In this document: positions 47,001 through 64,000 of the stretch, piece by piece
Layout of the letters: each line of letters starts with the position of its first letter
How positions within the stretch are numbered: the first letter of the stretch is position 1
From: Phoronis australis
Taxonomy: Eukaryota > Animalia > Phoronida
Assembly: GCA_002633005.1 (NCBI GenBank)
Contig: NMRA01000015.1
Coordinates: 318,054 to 382,053 of the forward strand
DNA: 64,000 bases
Reading direction: 5' to 3'
The notes under the pieces: generated by a model
Database searches by the model: none
Told to the model about the DNA's origin: nothing
The model's input: only the letters and a program-made list of their open reading frames with translations
Made by a program: the position numbers and the translations under genes

Positions 47001-50000
47001 AAGTTTGATCACAGCAAATGAACAAATCTCAATTGACTTCTTATAGTTTTACACCTTGCAAAACAGGTTTTGAGATCTAAATGTTTTAAAGTCATCCACC
47101 ATCAAATGTACACAAAATTAAGAGAAAACCGGCGAGAGAAACCAGCACAAATTACAAGACAAAGCAGAATAAAGGGTTCTGCAATCCACACTTGAAGGAA
47201 ACTGTTTTATAACACAGTTAAAAGGAAGAATAAAGCAACTATGCAACAGCAAATATGACACCTGTTAAAGATAATATGTCAAAAAATTATTTTCAAAAGT
47301 AACTGAATACAAAAACAACGAACAGTTACCTTGAACAAATCAGAAACCACGGTGTTATGCACTATTTACAACATGAAATATCACAACGATAATTTGTGTA
47401 GATGAATAATGCTTAAAAGCGTTAAAAGAACAGATATAAGCCAAGTTATGAAAAGACAAATCAGGCAATCTACTGACAAAGTACAACTGCACTTCTGTCA
47501 AAAGAACAATCCAGACCACCATGCACCAGTAGCAACATTTCATACCAGGGAGGGACAATTCGTGTAAGGGGAAAAGTGAGGACATACTGCTGAGATGGGG
47601 TGCATTTTTAATTTTCAAGTAAAGATTTGGGTCAGTTCAGAATAAGTGGGTGTAAAAATGGGATGGGTGATCACTATTTTTGCTTGATACTAAGTTTCGG
47701 TCTGATAATACTCTGCACACCATGAGCAGCATTTTGATGTAATTTTAAAAGTCAGCAATTCCAGCAATCATGGTAAACGTAGATAAGATATAACTATGGG
47801 TCAGTTTTAAACATTCTTCCAATAGGTATCAACACGACACAAATTCTACCTCTTGGTATAAACATGGGTTTAATTTTTTCTTTTGGCCAGCTATAAATAT
47901 GGCCCCAGTTTTGTTATCTCAGCTATACCCCTACCATAAGAGACGACTGCCCCTCCCTGAGATTTCATAAGCACCAAAAGCGTGTTGTAAGCCACGCAAG
48001 CTTCTACATACACGATTCATCTGCAAGCACCAAAGCAAGAACCAAGCGCAAATCTCAAAGACGGGCACACACTCAGACTAAAAACAACAGACATGCCTAC
48101 GGTTTTTGTGAGCTCCACATAGCCATCATGGGAAAAACAACAACTCGAAGAAGTTGTAACTGAGTGATTTACAGCAAAATCAGATAACAAATAGAAAACA
48201 AACCATCGCTTTGCGTGGTGCTACTATAACAATTTTATCACCAGTCACATGCCATTAACTTTCTGAAGCAAATACAAGTTTTTGAAAAAGGGCTCCAGCC
48301 ACTTTCTACCGCAGCACAAACATAACACACAGGTAACCAGCCCCTCAATAAAACTTGTTATGGCAATTGTAATTCAAGCAAACCGAATCTAAACATCAAC
48401 ACCATTCCTGGAATGACAATTTCGTTGATGTCAGATAAAACACTTTGAAGCACATGCAAACCCACATAAGAATTCATAGTTTCCTTGAAAATGGCAAAAA
48501 AATCTAAGAATAAAATAATAATATAGCTCAACTACTGAACAATACCCTGTGGGCATTTTGTCAGATCACCTAGTGTTCATTAATATATCTAGAAAAATAC
48601 TGCTCAAATCTACCTCTACCAATTCCTAACTCAGTCTGATCAGGAGGAAAGCTCACCAAGGGTTTCACTTCTGATTAATGGAGACAGTTGAAATTCTTTT
48701 AGAAAGAATTCGTACCACTCTGCCTTAGTCTCTATAAACTTAATGGATAACTATTAACTAATTTTTAGACCAGGGGTCTTATCATAGGTTAAAACAAATA
48801 TAACATACACATACATAAGGTTTAGCCTCACAAAACCTTACTCAAGTGAAATTATGAAAGCCAGGTTCCAACTTAATCCAGGGGCACTTTTACCATAGAA
48901 GAGATGTACAGGATATGCCACGTAAAGGGAGACGTTTTCGTGACCATTTTTTTCTGCGAAAGCTGCACTTTTCATCTACACAAAGTTACAGAAGGGTTTC
49001 AAAAACTATCTACTCTTTAAAAAAATGTGTTACTAATGATGTACTCAATTTTGACAATATGGCAGTCTTCCAAGCTCAGTTTTCTTGCTTGACGGGTTGA
49101 AAATTCAACTGTCGGAAATTCCCTATGAATGTAACCCTAACCAAAGGACAGTGTGTGTGGGGACAAACTGTATGAAAGCGTGAATTTTTCATGGAAATTC
49201 CTGCCTGTAAATGGGACATCCCTTTTTTGAGTCCAGTATTTAAATAGGTGGGTACCATAATTTTTCATCTCCACCCCCTGGCAAAAATGCATTGGAGTTT
49301 CCCCAAGAAAACTGTCTAACACTACTAATGACAGCTCAACTGCCAAGAGAATGGGATGAAACTATCACAACAATAACATATGCTAAACCATTTTTACGAA
49401 ACATCCAAACAAAAATTCTGAGAAGGTTGGACAACAGGAAATTAAATGCACAAGGAAAACGTGAAAAAGACACATCAAATTCTCTTGCTTGAAACACACC
49501 ATACTTACTTGAAGTTTTTCAATCACGCAAATGGGCATGGTCAAAAATATTACTGCAGAAACGAGCCTTCCAAACATACTGCGCATCACATATCCTTATC
49601 CCTACCACGCGACTTGGCAACAGGGTGACAAAACTTTAATAACAATAACAGTAAAAACAATTTAATCGTAATGTAACTTTTTTAAAACAAGCAAAATTGT
49701 TGAGCGACCTCTGCCAATATTCAAATGAAAAAGCCTCGCTGACCACTGGTTGAAGTCTGTGCGATAGAAGACGTAAGCAAGGCCCCAAGGGTCTAGCAAA
49801 GCTTGTTTCAAAATACACCATCAACGAGGGTCTCTTATTTTTGCAATGCGTTTGACCTCATTACTTCACTAATACACCACAACCAGTAACGAACAACCTA
49901 CAATATTTTTTTGATTTTCCGAGATACTTTAGTGTCTACATCTACAACAGGTGGCACAGTTTTTGGTCAAAACACCAGGGACCCATTCCAAGAAACTAAC

Positions 50001-50927
50001 TAAAGTTCATTTTGGTCTAAAATTTAAGATTCGTCTTTAGCTTTGACTTGGATCAAAATTTAGAGTATCGTAACTGAGATTGTCCTGAGTTACTAACACA
50101 AGTCAATTCTCACCTTCACTTAAGTCCATTTCAAGTTTGTCAAAATGCATGGCCACCATTTGCATTAATAAAAGTAATTTAATGGACAGTTACCAAGCAG
50201 CATTGCTTCACCGAAGTAAAGGTTATTCTCAGAACCAATGATAAATTATTCATTTTGTCGTCTGTAGTCCAAGTGCAGGAGTGTACATTCTCAAAATGAT
50301 CTTTTATGGAACCCAAATGTCAGTAACTGATAATCCACCATGTTTGACTACCTGTTGACAAGTCTTGAGCTGTAACCAGAGTCAAGATTTACACGAGATC
50401 ACTTCTTGAAACAGGCTAAAGACAATCTTAAGTTTAAGATTTGTCGTAGCTACGACAGTTTTCTGGCAACCTGCTGCAGGTGTTTACTCACTTCACCTGA
50501 AATGCCAATGTTCTGAGAGGCAGTCACGTCACTATAAGAAATAAAGTAAGGCAGGCATTTATGATTCGTGATCAAGTCTGACAAATTTGACTACCGTAGT
50601 TCTTCAATTATTCCGCACAAAAATAATAGCCATTCTTCGAATTTTTAAAAGCTAACTTTACAAGTGCTTTAAATTTATGGTAACAAAATATGTTGATGAT
50701 GATGAATATTTACTTAAGGTTCACTTTCAAAAAAATTGAGGATTTAATAAAATTTCATGCTTCTGCCATTTAGTATGTTCAATAAGGGAAGAACTACACC
50801 ACTCAAAGCTTAATGCCAGTTTTTGGAAAGACAATCGGGTCACCCTAAGTGAGCCAATCTGACTCATTTGCTCCTTTGCTTGGGTCCGATTCATTTGAAT
50901 ATTTGCTTTGTTAGCTTGCATGGCTTT

Positions 50928-55722
<4,795 letters not shown>

Positions 55723-58700
55723 TTAAAAGGAGAAAAATAGAAAATAGAAACCCTATAGAGTTTGGTTTGTGACCTAATCAAATTAATTGGGTCATGTGAC
55801 AATGTCTTTAAATAAAATTTAAAACAGAAAGGTTCGTTCATGCCAAAACAGCATCAGAACTTCGCCCAAAATTCTTCTGATTTTAATGTTCAAGATGAAA
55901 TCTCAAATAATATTTTGGTGAACATCCATGATTACTGTATCTGAAAGTGTTACGATCAGCAATTTTCGAGATTTGTTCGGAAATCGGCAAAATTTCAAAA
56001 TTTTTCTACACACCTTTCAACTCTACTATTGGCATCAAGTTCATGTGCTGTACAGTAAATTGAACAATATTTTTTTAAATGTTTTTAAAGCTACATTTCC
56101 CCTACCTAAAAACAATAATCGAATGAGGCCTTTCTCTCTCCTAAAGCAGGTCTTCTAAAATTCCTTACTGTGATAGGATTCTGTTTATGTTACCCACCTT
56201 GAATGGTCAGAGATAGCAGCAACAGAATACATGATGGTAAGAAGTGTTAGAAGACCAATTTTATGAAGGTGAAAAGCCTTATTTGATTTTGGTGTTTTAA
56301 CTTAACAGAGAAAAATACAGCTTTAGTTATTTGCAGCGAGGTAGTCGAGATAATTAATAACAATTAGTAGTATTTCCTTCTTCTCTCTTGCTCCCAGACA
56401 AAGCATATGCCTCCCTCTCCTCTGAGTACATTCTGCAAGCTTTTGAAGTTGTCGATAAAATAATATGAACAATTCCTCAGAGTTGTCTGAGTAATTTCAT
56501 CATCAACAATGAAGTAACAATATACCATTTTAGCAAAGTTGGTGGAAAATATGAAATTGCCTTTACATATCACTATAGACACCGATACTTGATCGATAGC
56601 TATGCTAAAAATATTCTGAAGTTGCTTAATACGAAATCGTAACCCTTGTTAGTTATGTAAAGTGTAAAATGGAAGGATATATTTCTGAGGACATAACCAC
56701 AGCCATGGATATTCCTGTTCAGTTTTGATTCTTTGCCCTTTGGGTGCACCTGATGGTGAAAACTGTGCTTTTTTCAAAAAGTTGTGTCCAGCAGACTTAG
56801 TGTAATTAAAGTGGCAACATATGAACCAGAAACCCCAAAGAAAATCGAACTAAGTCATGTTTTACCAGACTGGATGTAAGTTGACTGGAATCTTGCGTTT
56901 TTGGAAGTGTTGCGTTTTAAAAGATGTGCCAGGGGGCACACTGCTGCGATGTACTTGCACGTTATTATTTTTTGATGCGCTAATGGTGCAAAGGCACAGT
57001 CCATTGAGTTCTATCCTTGTGACCTACGTAGACTTTGCTGTAAATTCAACTCAAGCCGTCTCAGGATGATATTGTGGAAAAGAGCTAACAATACGTGCGT
57101 GGTTGCACATTAAAGCTCAAATTAACACATTGGTTATTAATAGATACCTAATAAGCAAGGAGCAGCATCTTGTTTCAAAGACAATGATGGGACTAATTAG
57201 TCTAATTTGTAATTAAACCACCACATTAGTCTTCAAGTTTGTTTCACCTACCCAAAAACAAGATCCATGTTTTCACGTCTAAGCTCAAGAACGGTCAGAA
57301 ATGTTTGCACATCAGAGTTGGTCACTTATTGACTACACAATTGCCGAAACTGAGAAGTTGAATTTTGTTTGATAACTTCAAGTTGTAAGTACCACTAAAT
57401 GCTTTCTTTTTTAAAGTCCTATACTATACCAACTATCAAGGAATGTTTTGTGAAATTCTGGGATATGTATAGAACCCCCTGAACAATGAAGAATAAATTT
57501 GGAAATTATTGTCTGAAATTGGTACGATTTCTACAATTCAGCACACACTGTGGTGTAAATGACATTCTTTATCAAATTTGTACCCAACTATTAAGAAAAA
57601 TTGCTTCATTCCTTGAAGCTGAGTAGTCATGAAATAACTGAGATAAAATCCTTCATGAGCGACTATGTAACACCTGGAGGTTCTCCCATGCGAAATGTCC
57701 CAATGCATCAAGGTTTATTTTTGCCTGATTTCGGCACTGAATAGGGAGATTTACTGGAGCTTTGAGGTACTTGTATAGGTTCATAATTAAAGCTTTCAAT
57801 GTAAATGTTCGGGGAAAATTTTTTAAGTTGTCATGAACTGACCCCTGGCCTGTCCCAGGCCTTCATCCGGCGTACGTCCTGGGAATCCAAATGGACTCAC
57901 CCTGACAAGGATGCCCAAACAGCCTTAGACGCCCAGTGCCGACTGAACACCTCCGGTTTGGATGCCCACTTATTGCAAGGGTAACTTTCGAACTAGTGTT
58001 GGCGCAATTGTCGACTGTACTGCGAATCACGTCGACGGAGGCAACCAGTCTTCCTCTATGTTGTTCTTAATAACTGACAAACCTATATCTCAACTGCCAT
58101 AATTGACATACTGTGCCTGTGTAACCAGTAAGGTCGTTGTCGATAGCCGAAACTGCCTAATTATCATTGTAATCTGACAGATCAACTGCACTCACCGCAC
58201 GAGACTTAAAATTGCCGGAGGCAAACTGGCCAATTAATGAAACAATAAGTAAGACAAATGACCACTATGACTGTTTTTAAAACTGAAAAGTAAATATTAA
58301 CTGTCTTTGAATTTTTAAAGTTGATGCACCATGCCATGAATAATTCGCTCACAAGGAAAACACTCATCTCTAAAGATATGCGAGTTTTTACTGCTACTCG
58401 TTCAACCTTCTTCCGAGCGGCTTTCACTTGCATCAAAGAGAGCACGGCGACAGAGTGGAACACGGTGTTGATGACCGCATTGTCCAGTTCAAGCAAGACC
58501 CAATTAAGTGTAATTACCTGGCCATAATCTGTACTAAACATCTCTGCCAGTACATACTGGCAAATTTTCAAGATGCATAAACCAACAATCTTTGCTAAAA
58601 ATAAACATTACGGCGGTATTCAGCTGGAAAAAACACCACAGCAAGATTTTCGATTTTTGAATATCGATGAACTAAGCTAACAACCGACAACATTGATTAC

Positions 58701-60162
58701 CGACTGAAGATAACAACCATATACACGGAGGATTTATAAAAGCTGATCATAATTAACAATACCATTGATTCATTGTTTTAGTGAACAACTAAACTACATT
58801 GTGACAAATAGAACCAAGATGCGGTGTGACTAAATTAGATGTCTATTAAGCTTTTAAGACGGCGCTTATCGCCCAGTCGTGTCGAATGGTGCTTTATTTA
58901 AGGAGTAGCACGCAAACTGAAAAACTGATATTCGGTAATCAGCTGGTAATGAAACACTGTCGTGAAGACTAACTATGGCTATAGTTTCAAAGTCAATGAG
59001 AAATTCCAAGCAATAGATGAGGTACTGTTGGTCGGTGGACAAAAGCTGACAATCAAAATCTGCCACTGTTTTGACACTTCTAAAATCAAAAGATAGCAAC
59101 CAGTCATAAAACAAAACAAGTAGACTGGAGTATTAAAAATGAAATGACGAAACATATTTGAAACCAACAATCATTTGGGAAATAGGAGTTGTCAAGGTGA
59201 ACCAAAGTTACCGTTTTTAGCTATTTTGTATTATCTGAAATGTCATCAAACCCATACTACATTTCAGGCTTAACTCTGGCAAATGTCAGAGAAAACCAGT
59301 GAAAAAACCACCACTGTTGAGAATGTAGAGCCAGCCATTACTTTTTGGCTTCATTAGCAAAGGAGGAGCTGAATAGGCATTATAAAATTTGTCTGAGGGC
59401 AAAGGGAATCTTAGCGCTGACCAATGTAAGTAAGAAATTGTCCACATGCTATAAGAGAAATTACCAAATAGGTCCTGCTGTGAATTGGGCAATTTACTGC
59501 TGTGAATTGGGCAATTCACAGAGACTTGCCTTTAGTGGACCTTTTATTGCTTTTATTTGTTTGTATCTGCTTCAAAATAACCGTAATCTGAACGGTATAG
59601 ACCCTGGTTTTCGCTTTAGCAAACATAAAATTCTGTTTTTCACTGTTTTGTCAATTTGCAAATTTTGTTTTACTATTCAAAGTGACAAGCATAGTGGCTT
59701 TACTTTTTCTGCTGAATTGTGCTGTAGATCTATTTTACCAATAATTTGCTGCACGCCATGTTTGTTTCTCAAAACAAAAGAACAGCTTCACCTTCAGAAA
59801 GCTGGAATGAAGAACTACTTGTCGAATATGTCTGCTGGAAAGCGATCGTCAATCAATCTGTGACAAGAAAATGTTAAATTTGATGGATTATAAGATTATT
59901 TTGGTACGTAAAATCACAAAATATTAAAATTATGGACTCACATACGTAAGTATGGAAATTCCCCTCTAAATCTCTACTTCTTTGCAACAAATAAGCTTCT
60001 TTGAATTCAGTCCGTTTTCCACTATCGCGGAAAATTAGACTCTATAGAATGGGAGATATACCGTATATGGCATAAAGGGAAAATAAAAAACAGTGGGACA
60101 GCAAAGCAGCCACAATTTTTTTATCTCAAGGATTAGCCTGGTTCAGTATATAGCATGCTTAC

Positions 60163-60177
60163 CTGTTCATCAGTCAA
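60163..60177 (-). CDS. Candidate 15-nt microexon (LTDEQ) of the rotund-like gene
   Basis: gttttttatcttaattatcctgtgcatgtacag|TTGACTGATGAACAG|gtaagc; symmetric phase 0, no stop, same phase as the next exon. Confidence 0.45.
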
Positions 60178-62326
60178 CTGTACATGCACAGGATAATTAA
60201 GATAAAAAACATATGGAGTGCCTAAGGACAAGGTTTAAAACAAAACTTTGTGAAAAACAAAAGAATTTTTATTTCTTTCTATATTGTCATTTTAATCCAA
60301 GATGAAACCAAATACTATCAAAAAGCTCAGAAATGTCAAATTTGTCAAGAATTAAGCGAACTTTAACCTTTAGTACAAATGAAGTGTCAAAAATAAAAAT
60401 ATTAATGTAGAACATGCGTGCTAATGTGGATAAGGGAGACCCCGAGTGCATCTTTGACGTCTTCAGCAAAAAGAGCTAGCCACTTCAAATATGGTAAAAA
60501 TTCTCCAGTTTGGAAAAGTCTTTAAAATTTAGGACAACGGAACTCAAGCCGAAATTGAATTTTCTTGATGGAGACATGGGAGATTTATCATATTTCTCAA
60601 ATATTGGACGCTGTATTTTGTATCAACAGTGACTTGACAGTTCAGAAAATCGCTGGAAAATAGCCACTTGATGTAACATTTTCATACATCCACATAGTGT
60701 ATAAAATCAAGGTGAATCAGGGATGTAACTGATTTTAATTCTTGAATTTGGGACAGCTAACAGTATAGCATATTTCTAAACTTTTGTACAAGCTCCAATC
60801 TTAAGCAAAAAAAATTTTTTTCACTGCCTCAAACTGACAAATTCTTAACATTTACTGAAAATAAAAAATTACTGTAACTGAAAATCATGAGAAAAGCAGT
60901 GTAGTTTGAAAGTCTAGTGTAGGTTTATTATCAACATTATTACATTTTATTGTGGTTAGACTTTGAGTTGCATGACTAGATGCTGGTTCATAAAAAACAC
61001 ATTCATGAAATCCCAGCACTGTGCACGTTTATTATGAATCATGAGAAAGCACTATAATTCACAAATGAATGAATAAGTGAAGGACACAAATTAAACTCCG
61101 ACGAGAGAACTGAATTTGCTGGTAGATCGAGAAAAAAAACCTGGCAATTATAGAAAGCGATTTCATTGGTTTGTTCTAGTTATTCCAGCATATAATTGAA
61201 AACTAGATAATCACAATGATTCACGTCGATAGCCACATAGCTACGTCATCTGAACACTACAAGGCGCGAATAACGAATGTCACATGAATCTTAAGTTTGT
61301 GAGGCAACAAAGAAACTCATCTCTTAAGATATTACAAAACCAACCATGAGTTAATAATGGGAAACTTTTTCATCCATTTTGCTTTTCCCATACAACCGGG
61401 AATTTGCACAGCCAGTGGTCGTCTCTGGTTTCTGTAAAGTCGTTTGCAAAAAAGGAAGCCTTAAGGATCATTTTACAAATCAAGAGATGTTTCATATACA
61501 GACGTTGACTCGGCCTTTTTTGGTACAACAGGTATACCAGTTCCATATCCAGATCGAGGTGATAACGAAACGCCAATACACATGCAACGGTGGACCTTTC
61601 AAAGAATACCGCATTTTTGCCGATAAAATACGATATCGGCATTTTTACAATTCGCTCCAAACTTGAGATTAATGGATGGTTTTCAACAGATAAGAATGAA
61701 TTTTTGATAATCCTGAAAATATTGGATACTGGCATAACTTGCAAACTTTTGACAACCCAGTCGATATTTTTCTAGAAATATTGGTTTCAACAGGCCATGG
61801 TCTTCCGTCCAAGTAGAAATGCACGTGAATGCGGTTTGTTTACTTTATCTAGTTACATATTCAAGATGGTAGACAAAACTGTGGACTCGTATTTAGGTCA
61901 GTTTCTGCAAGAATTCCAGTTGCGTTGCTTTACCCATGGATATACCAACTTAATGACGTCGAATTCAGACAAACATTGCGATGGTATTGACTATCGGGAT
62001 GCTGAGCAAAACATGACAATGAGAGAAAATATAGTCATCTGTCTAGACCATGTATGATAAAAATGCCACTGGTTTTACCAAAACACTTCTTTCGGACTCT
62101 CTACTTCTTGGAAAGACAAGACATTGTTGCTGAAAACTATCAACGTTAGACTTTTTAGACTTAGTAGATGCTGACATCACTAAAGCATGAAGGTCGCAAT
62201 CTTTTTTTAGTAAAATGTTTCCATATCCATTTTTAATGCTTCACTGCATTCAGTTCTGATACGAACGGTTTTGTCATGAGCTTCGCACTGGCCATTGGCC
62301 TCGGTGACGTGAGTCCGTCGGCTTAA

Positions 62327-63666
62327 AAGGGAACTGTATTTTATTCTGAATAAATTCTGGATAGTTTTCTATGAATTGTTGATTAATTTCACAAATAATT
62401 CAACACCAAAAATTAAACTTATGTTCTCTAACGAAGCTCAAAAAATTACCGGCTTGGAGCGCTGCTTAGTCTCGTGACGTATTTGGAGGGGGCAAAGTCA
62501 CTGTCCTGTGTTAGCGTGCAATCAAGTAGCGTTTTTTATACTGTCGGAATAAGAAATTTTAGTGTGAAATTTCGGGTCACAAGGGATACCTGTTTGAGCC
62601 AAGGCAACACAAAGTGATACCTAGTCATCGTCATCGTCAGACGAAAATTTGCCGGTGTAACTGGTGTCAGTGACTGTGCCGAGGGCAATGTGGACTCTAG
62701 CCATCCAGTCAGCCAGTTGTCAGCCAATACTCCGGCAGCTCTGTAAACTTGAAGGGTTGGTAAGTTACCGACTGTACCTGTATGAAGACTATCGTACCAC
62801 TGTGTGTTGAGCTCCGTTAACCCCGAAATTTCAGACAGCCGTTGACTACCCGGGTATAGTTGACTCAGTTATGCTCGTCACCTCGTCGTAAAACTTAGGC
62901 TACATCAACATATAAAGCTAACNNNNNNNNNNNNNNNNNNNNNNNNNNNNNNNNNNNNNNNNNNNNNNNNNNNNNNNNNNNNNNNNNNNNNNNNNNNNNN
63001 NNNNNNNNNNNNNNNNNNNNNNNNNNNNNNNNNNNNNNNNNNNNNNNNNNNNNNNNNNNNNNNNNNNNNNNNNNNNNNNNNNNNNNNNNNNNNNNNNNNN
63101 NNNNNNNNNNNNNNNNNNNNNNNNNNNNNNNNNNNNNNNNNNNNNNNNNNNNNNNNNNNNNNNNNNNNNNNNNNNNNNNNNNNNNNNNNNNNNNNNNNNN
63201 NNNNNNNNNNNNNNNNNNNNNNNNNNNNNNNNNNNNNNNNNNNNNNNNNNNNNNNNNNNNNNNAGCTTTGGGCCAAGGCTTGGGTAACCCGGCGATGGTA
63301 TGCGATGACCATCCCTTTAGAAGACGCCTTTTTCGAAGAGTTTGAGCAACCAGGTGCCATACAAAAAGGCATAGCGAACCTTTTACAGCACTGTGGCAAA
63401 CAATAAAAAAATAAGGACGATTGATACGATGAAAAATTACGATGTAAACTCTTCAAATATGACATAAGCAATGAATGTGCAAAGCAGCCGATACCCCGCA
63501 GTTCACGTCACTGACACATCAGCCAATCAGCGATCGCTTTCAGAATTCAGTGTTTTGACAATGAATACGAATTGGCTTTTGTTTGGCACGCAAGTCAGGC
63601 AAATGTGAGTTTTATTTGTATGTTAGAACCGATTAACTGCAACATTATTTTGACTACAGTCCCCTT
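62327..63666 (-). mobile_element. Kolobok-type family K1, second copy (contains an assembly gap)
   Basis: TTAA|AAGGGAACTGTA ... TACAGTCCCCTT|TTAA; MPFCMAPGCSNSSKKASSKGMVIAYHR THAP start; alignable to 2135-3625 on both sides of the gap. Confidence 0.8.
62923..63263. other. Assembly gap inside a K1 copy
   Basis: Run of N. Confidence 1.
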
Positions 63667-64000
63667 TTAATGGCCTGGGTGACGCCAGTCCGTCGGCTTA
63701 ATTTCACTCCCTCTGGCTTCCATCACATGATATACTTCTTCAGGCCTGTTGTCCCCGAACTTGGTACTCAGCTTCGCAGCAATTATCACCAGTATGTTCT
63801 GTCAAATTTCGCCCGTGTTTAGTCACAAGAAAATCCCAGCACTCTTAGTTGTCTTTTGCTTTCTGCATGATGTTACGCACACACACACCGTATGTTTGCA
63901 AACCATTATTACCCCTTAGTACAAGCCTCCACTGTTTTACAAACAAACAAAGCTTTCTGAGTGCACTGCTAATTTTTATGTTTTACTGTAGCCTCAGTAC

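Noticed and set aside
46519-48616. let-7 seed matches (TACCTC/CTACCTC) downstream of the lin-29-like gene
   Set aside because: They are on the plus strand, antisense to the mRNA.
59345-59863. 172-aa plus-strand ORF
   Set aside because: It has a non-ATG start, no recognisable domain, no splice partners, and lies antisense within the probable rotund intron.

Overview
This is eukaryotic DNA from a repeat-rich animal genome (AT-rich, spliceosomal introns, three assembly gaps); the gene and transposon content suggests a marine invertebrate, possibly lophotrochozoan, but that is inference. Three intron-containing genes can be rebuilt with phase-consistent GT-AG junctions. (1) A minus-strand DUF1647-like type II membrane protein, 4 coding exons at 669-6934, about 448 aa. 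(2) CNTD1/COSA-1, the meiotic crossover cyclin-like protein, on the plus strand, 7 exons at 11842-26471, 311 aa, apparently head-to-head with gene 1. (3) The last two coding exons of a rotund/squeeze/lin-29/ZNF362-384 C2H2 factor on the minus strand at 50928-55650; its 5' part was not found in the window. Most of the rest is transposon debris: several TTAA-flanked Kolobok-type non-autonomous elements (some with THAP remnants), EnSpm/CACTA-like, Tc2-like and Transib-like elements, an L1/Tx1 LINE whose core is replaced by a Gypsy fragment, MITEs and minisatellites, often nested. I found no convincing wholly new multi-gene system. The best leads are a candidate 15-nt microexon that would insert into a zinc finger of the rotund-like gene, a perfect 54-bp palindrome over the last CNTD1 branch-point region, a self-nested inverted DNA transposon, and a shared CNTD1/DUF1647 promoter. 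All family assignments come from recalled motifs, not database searches.
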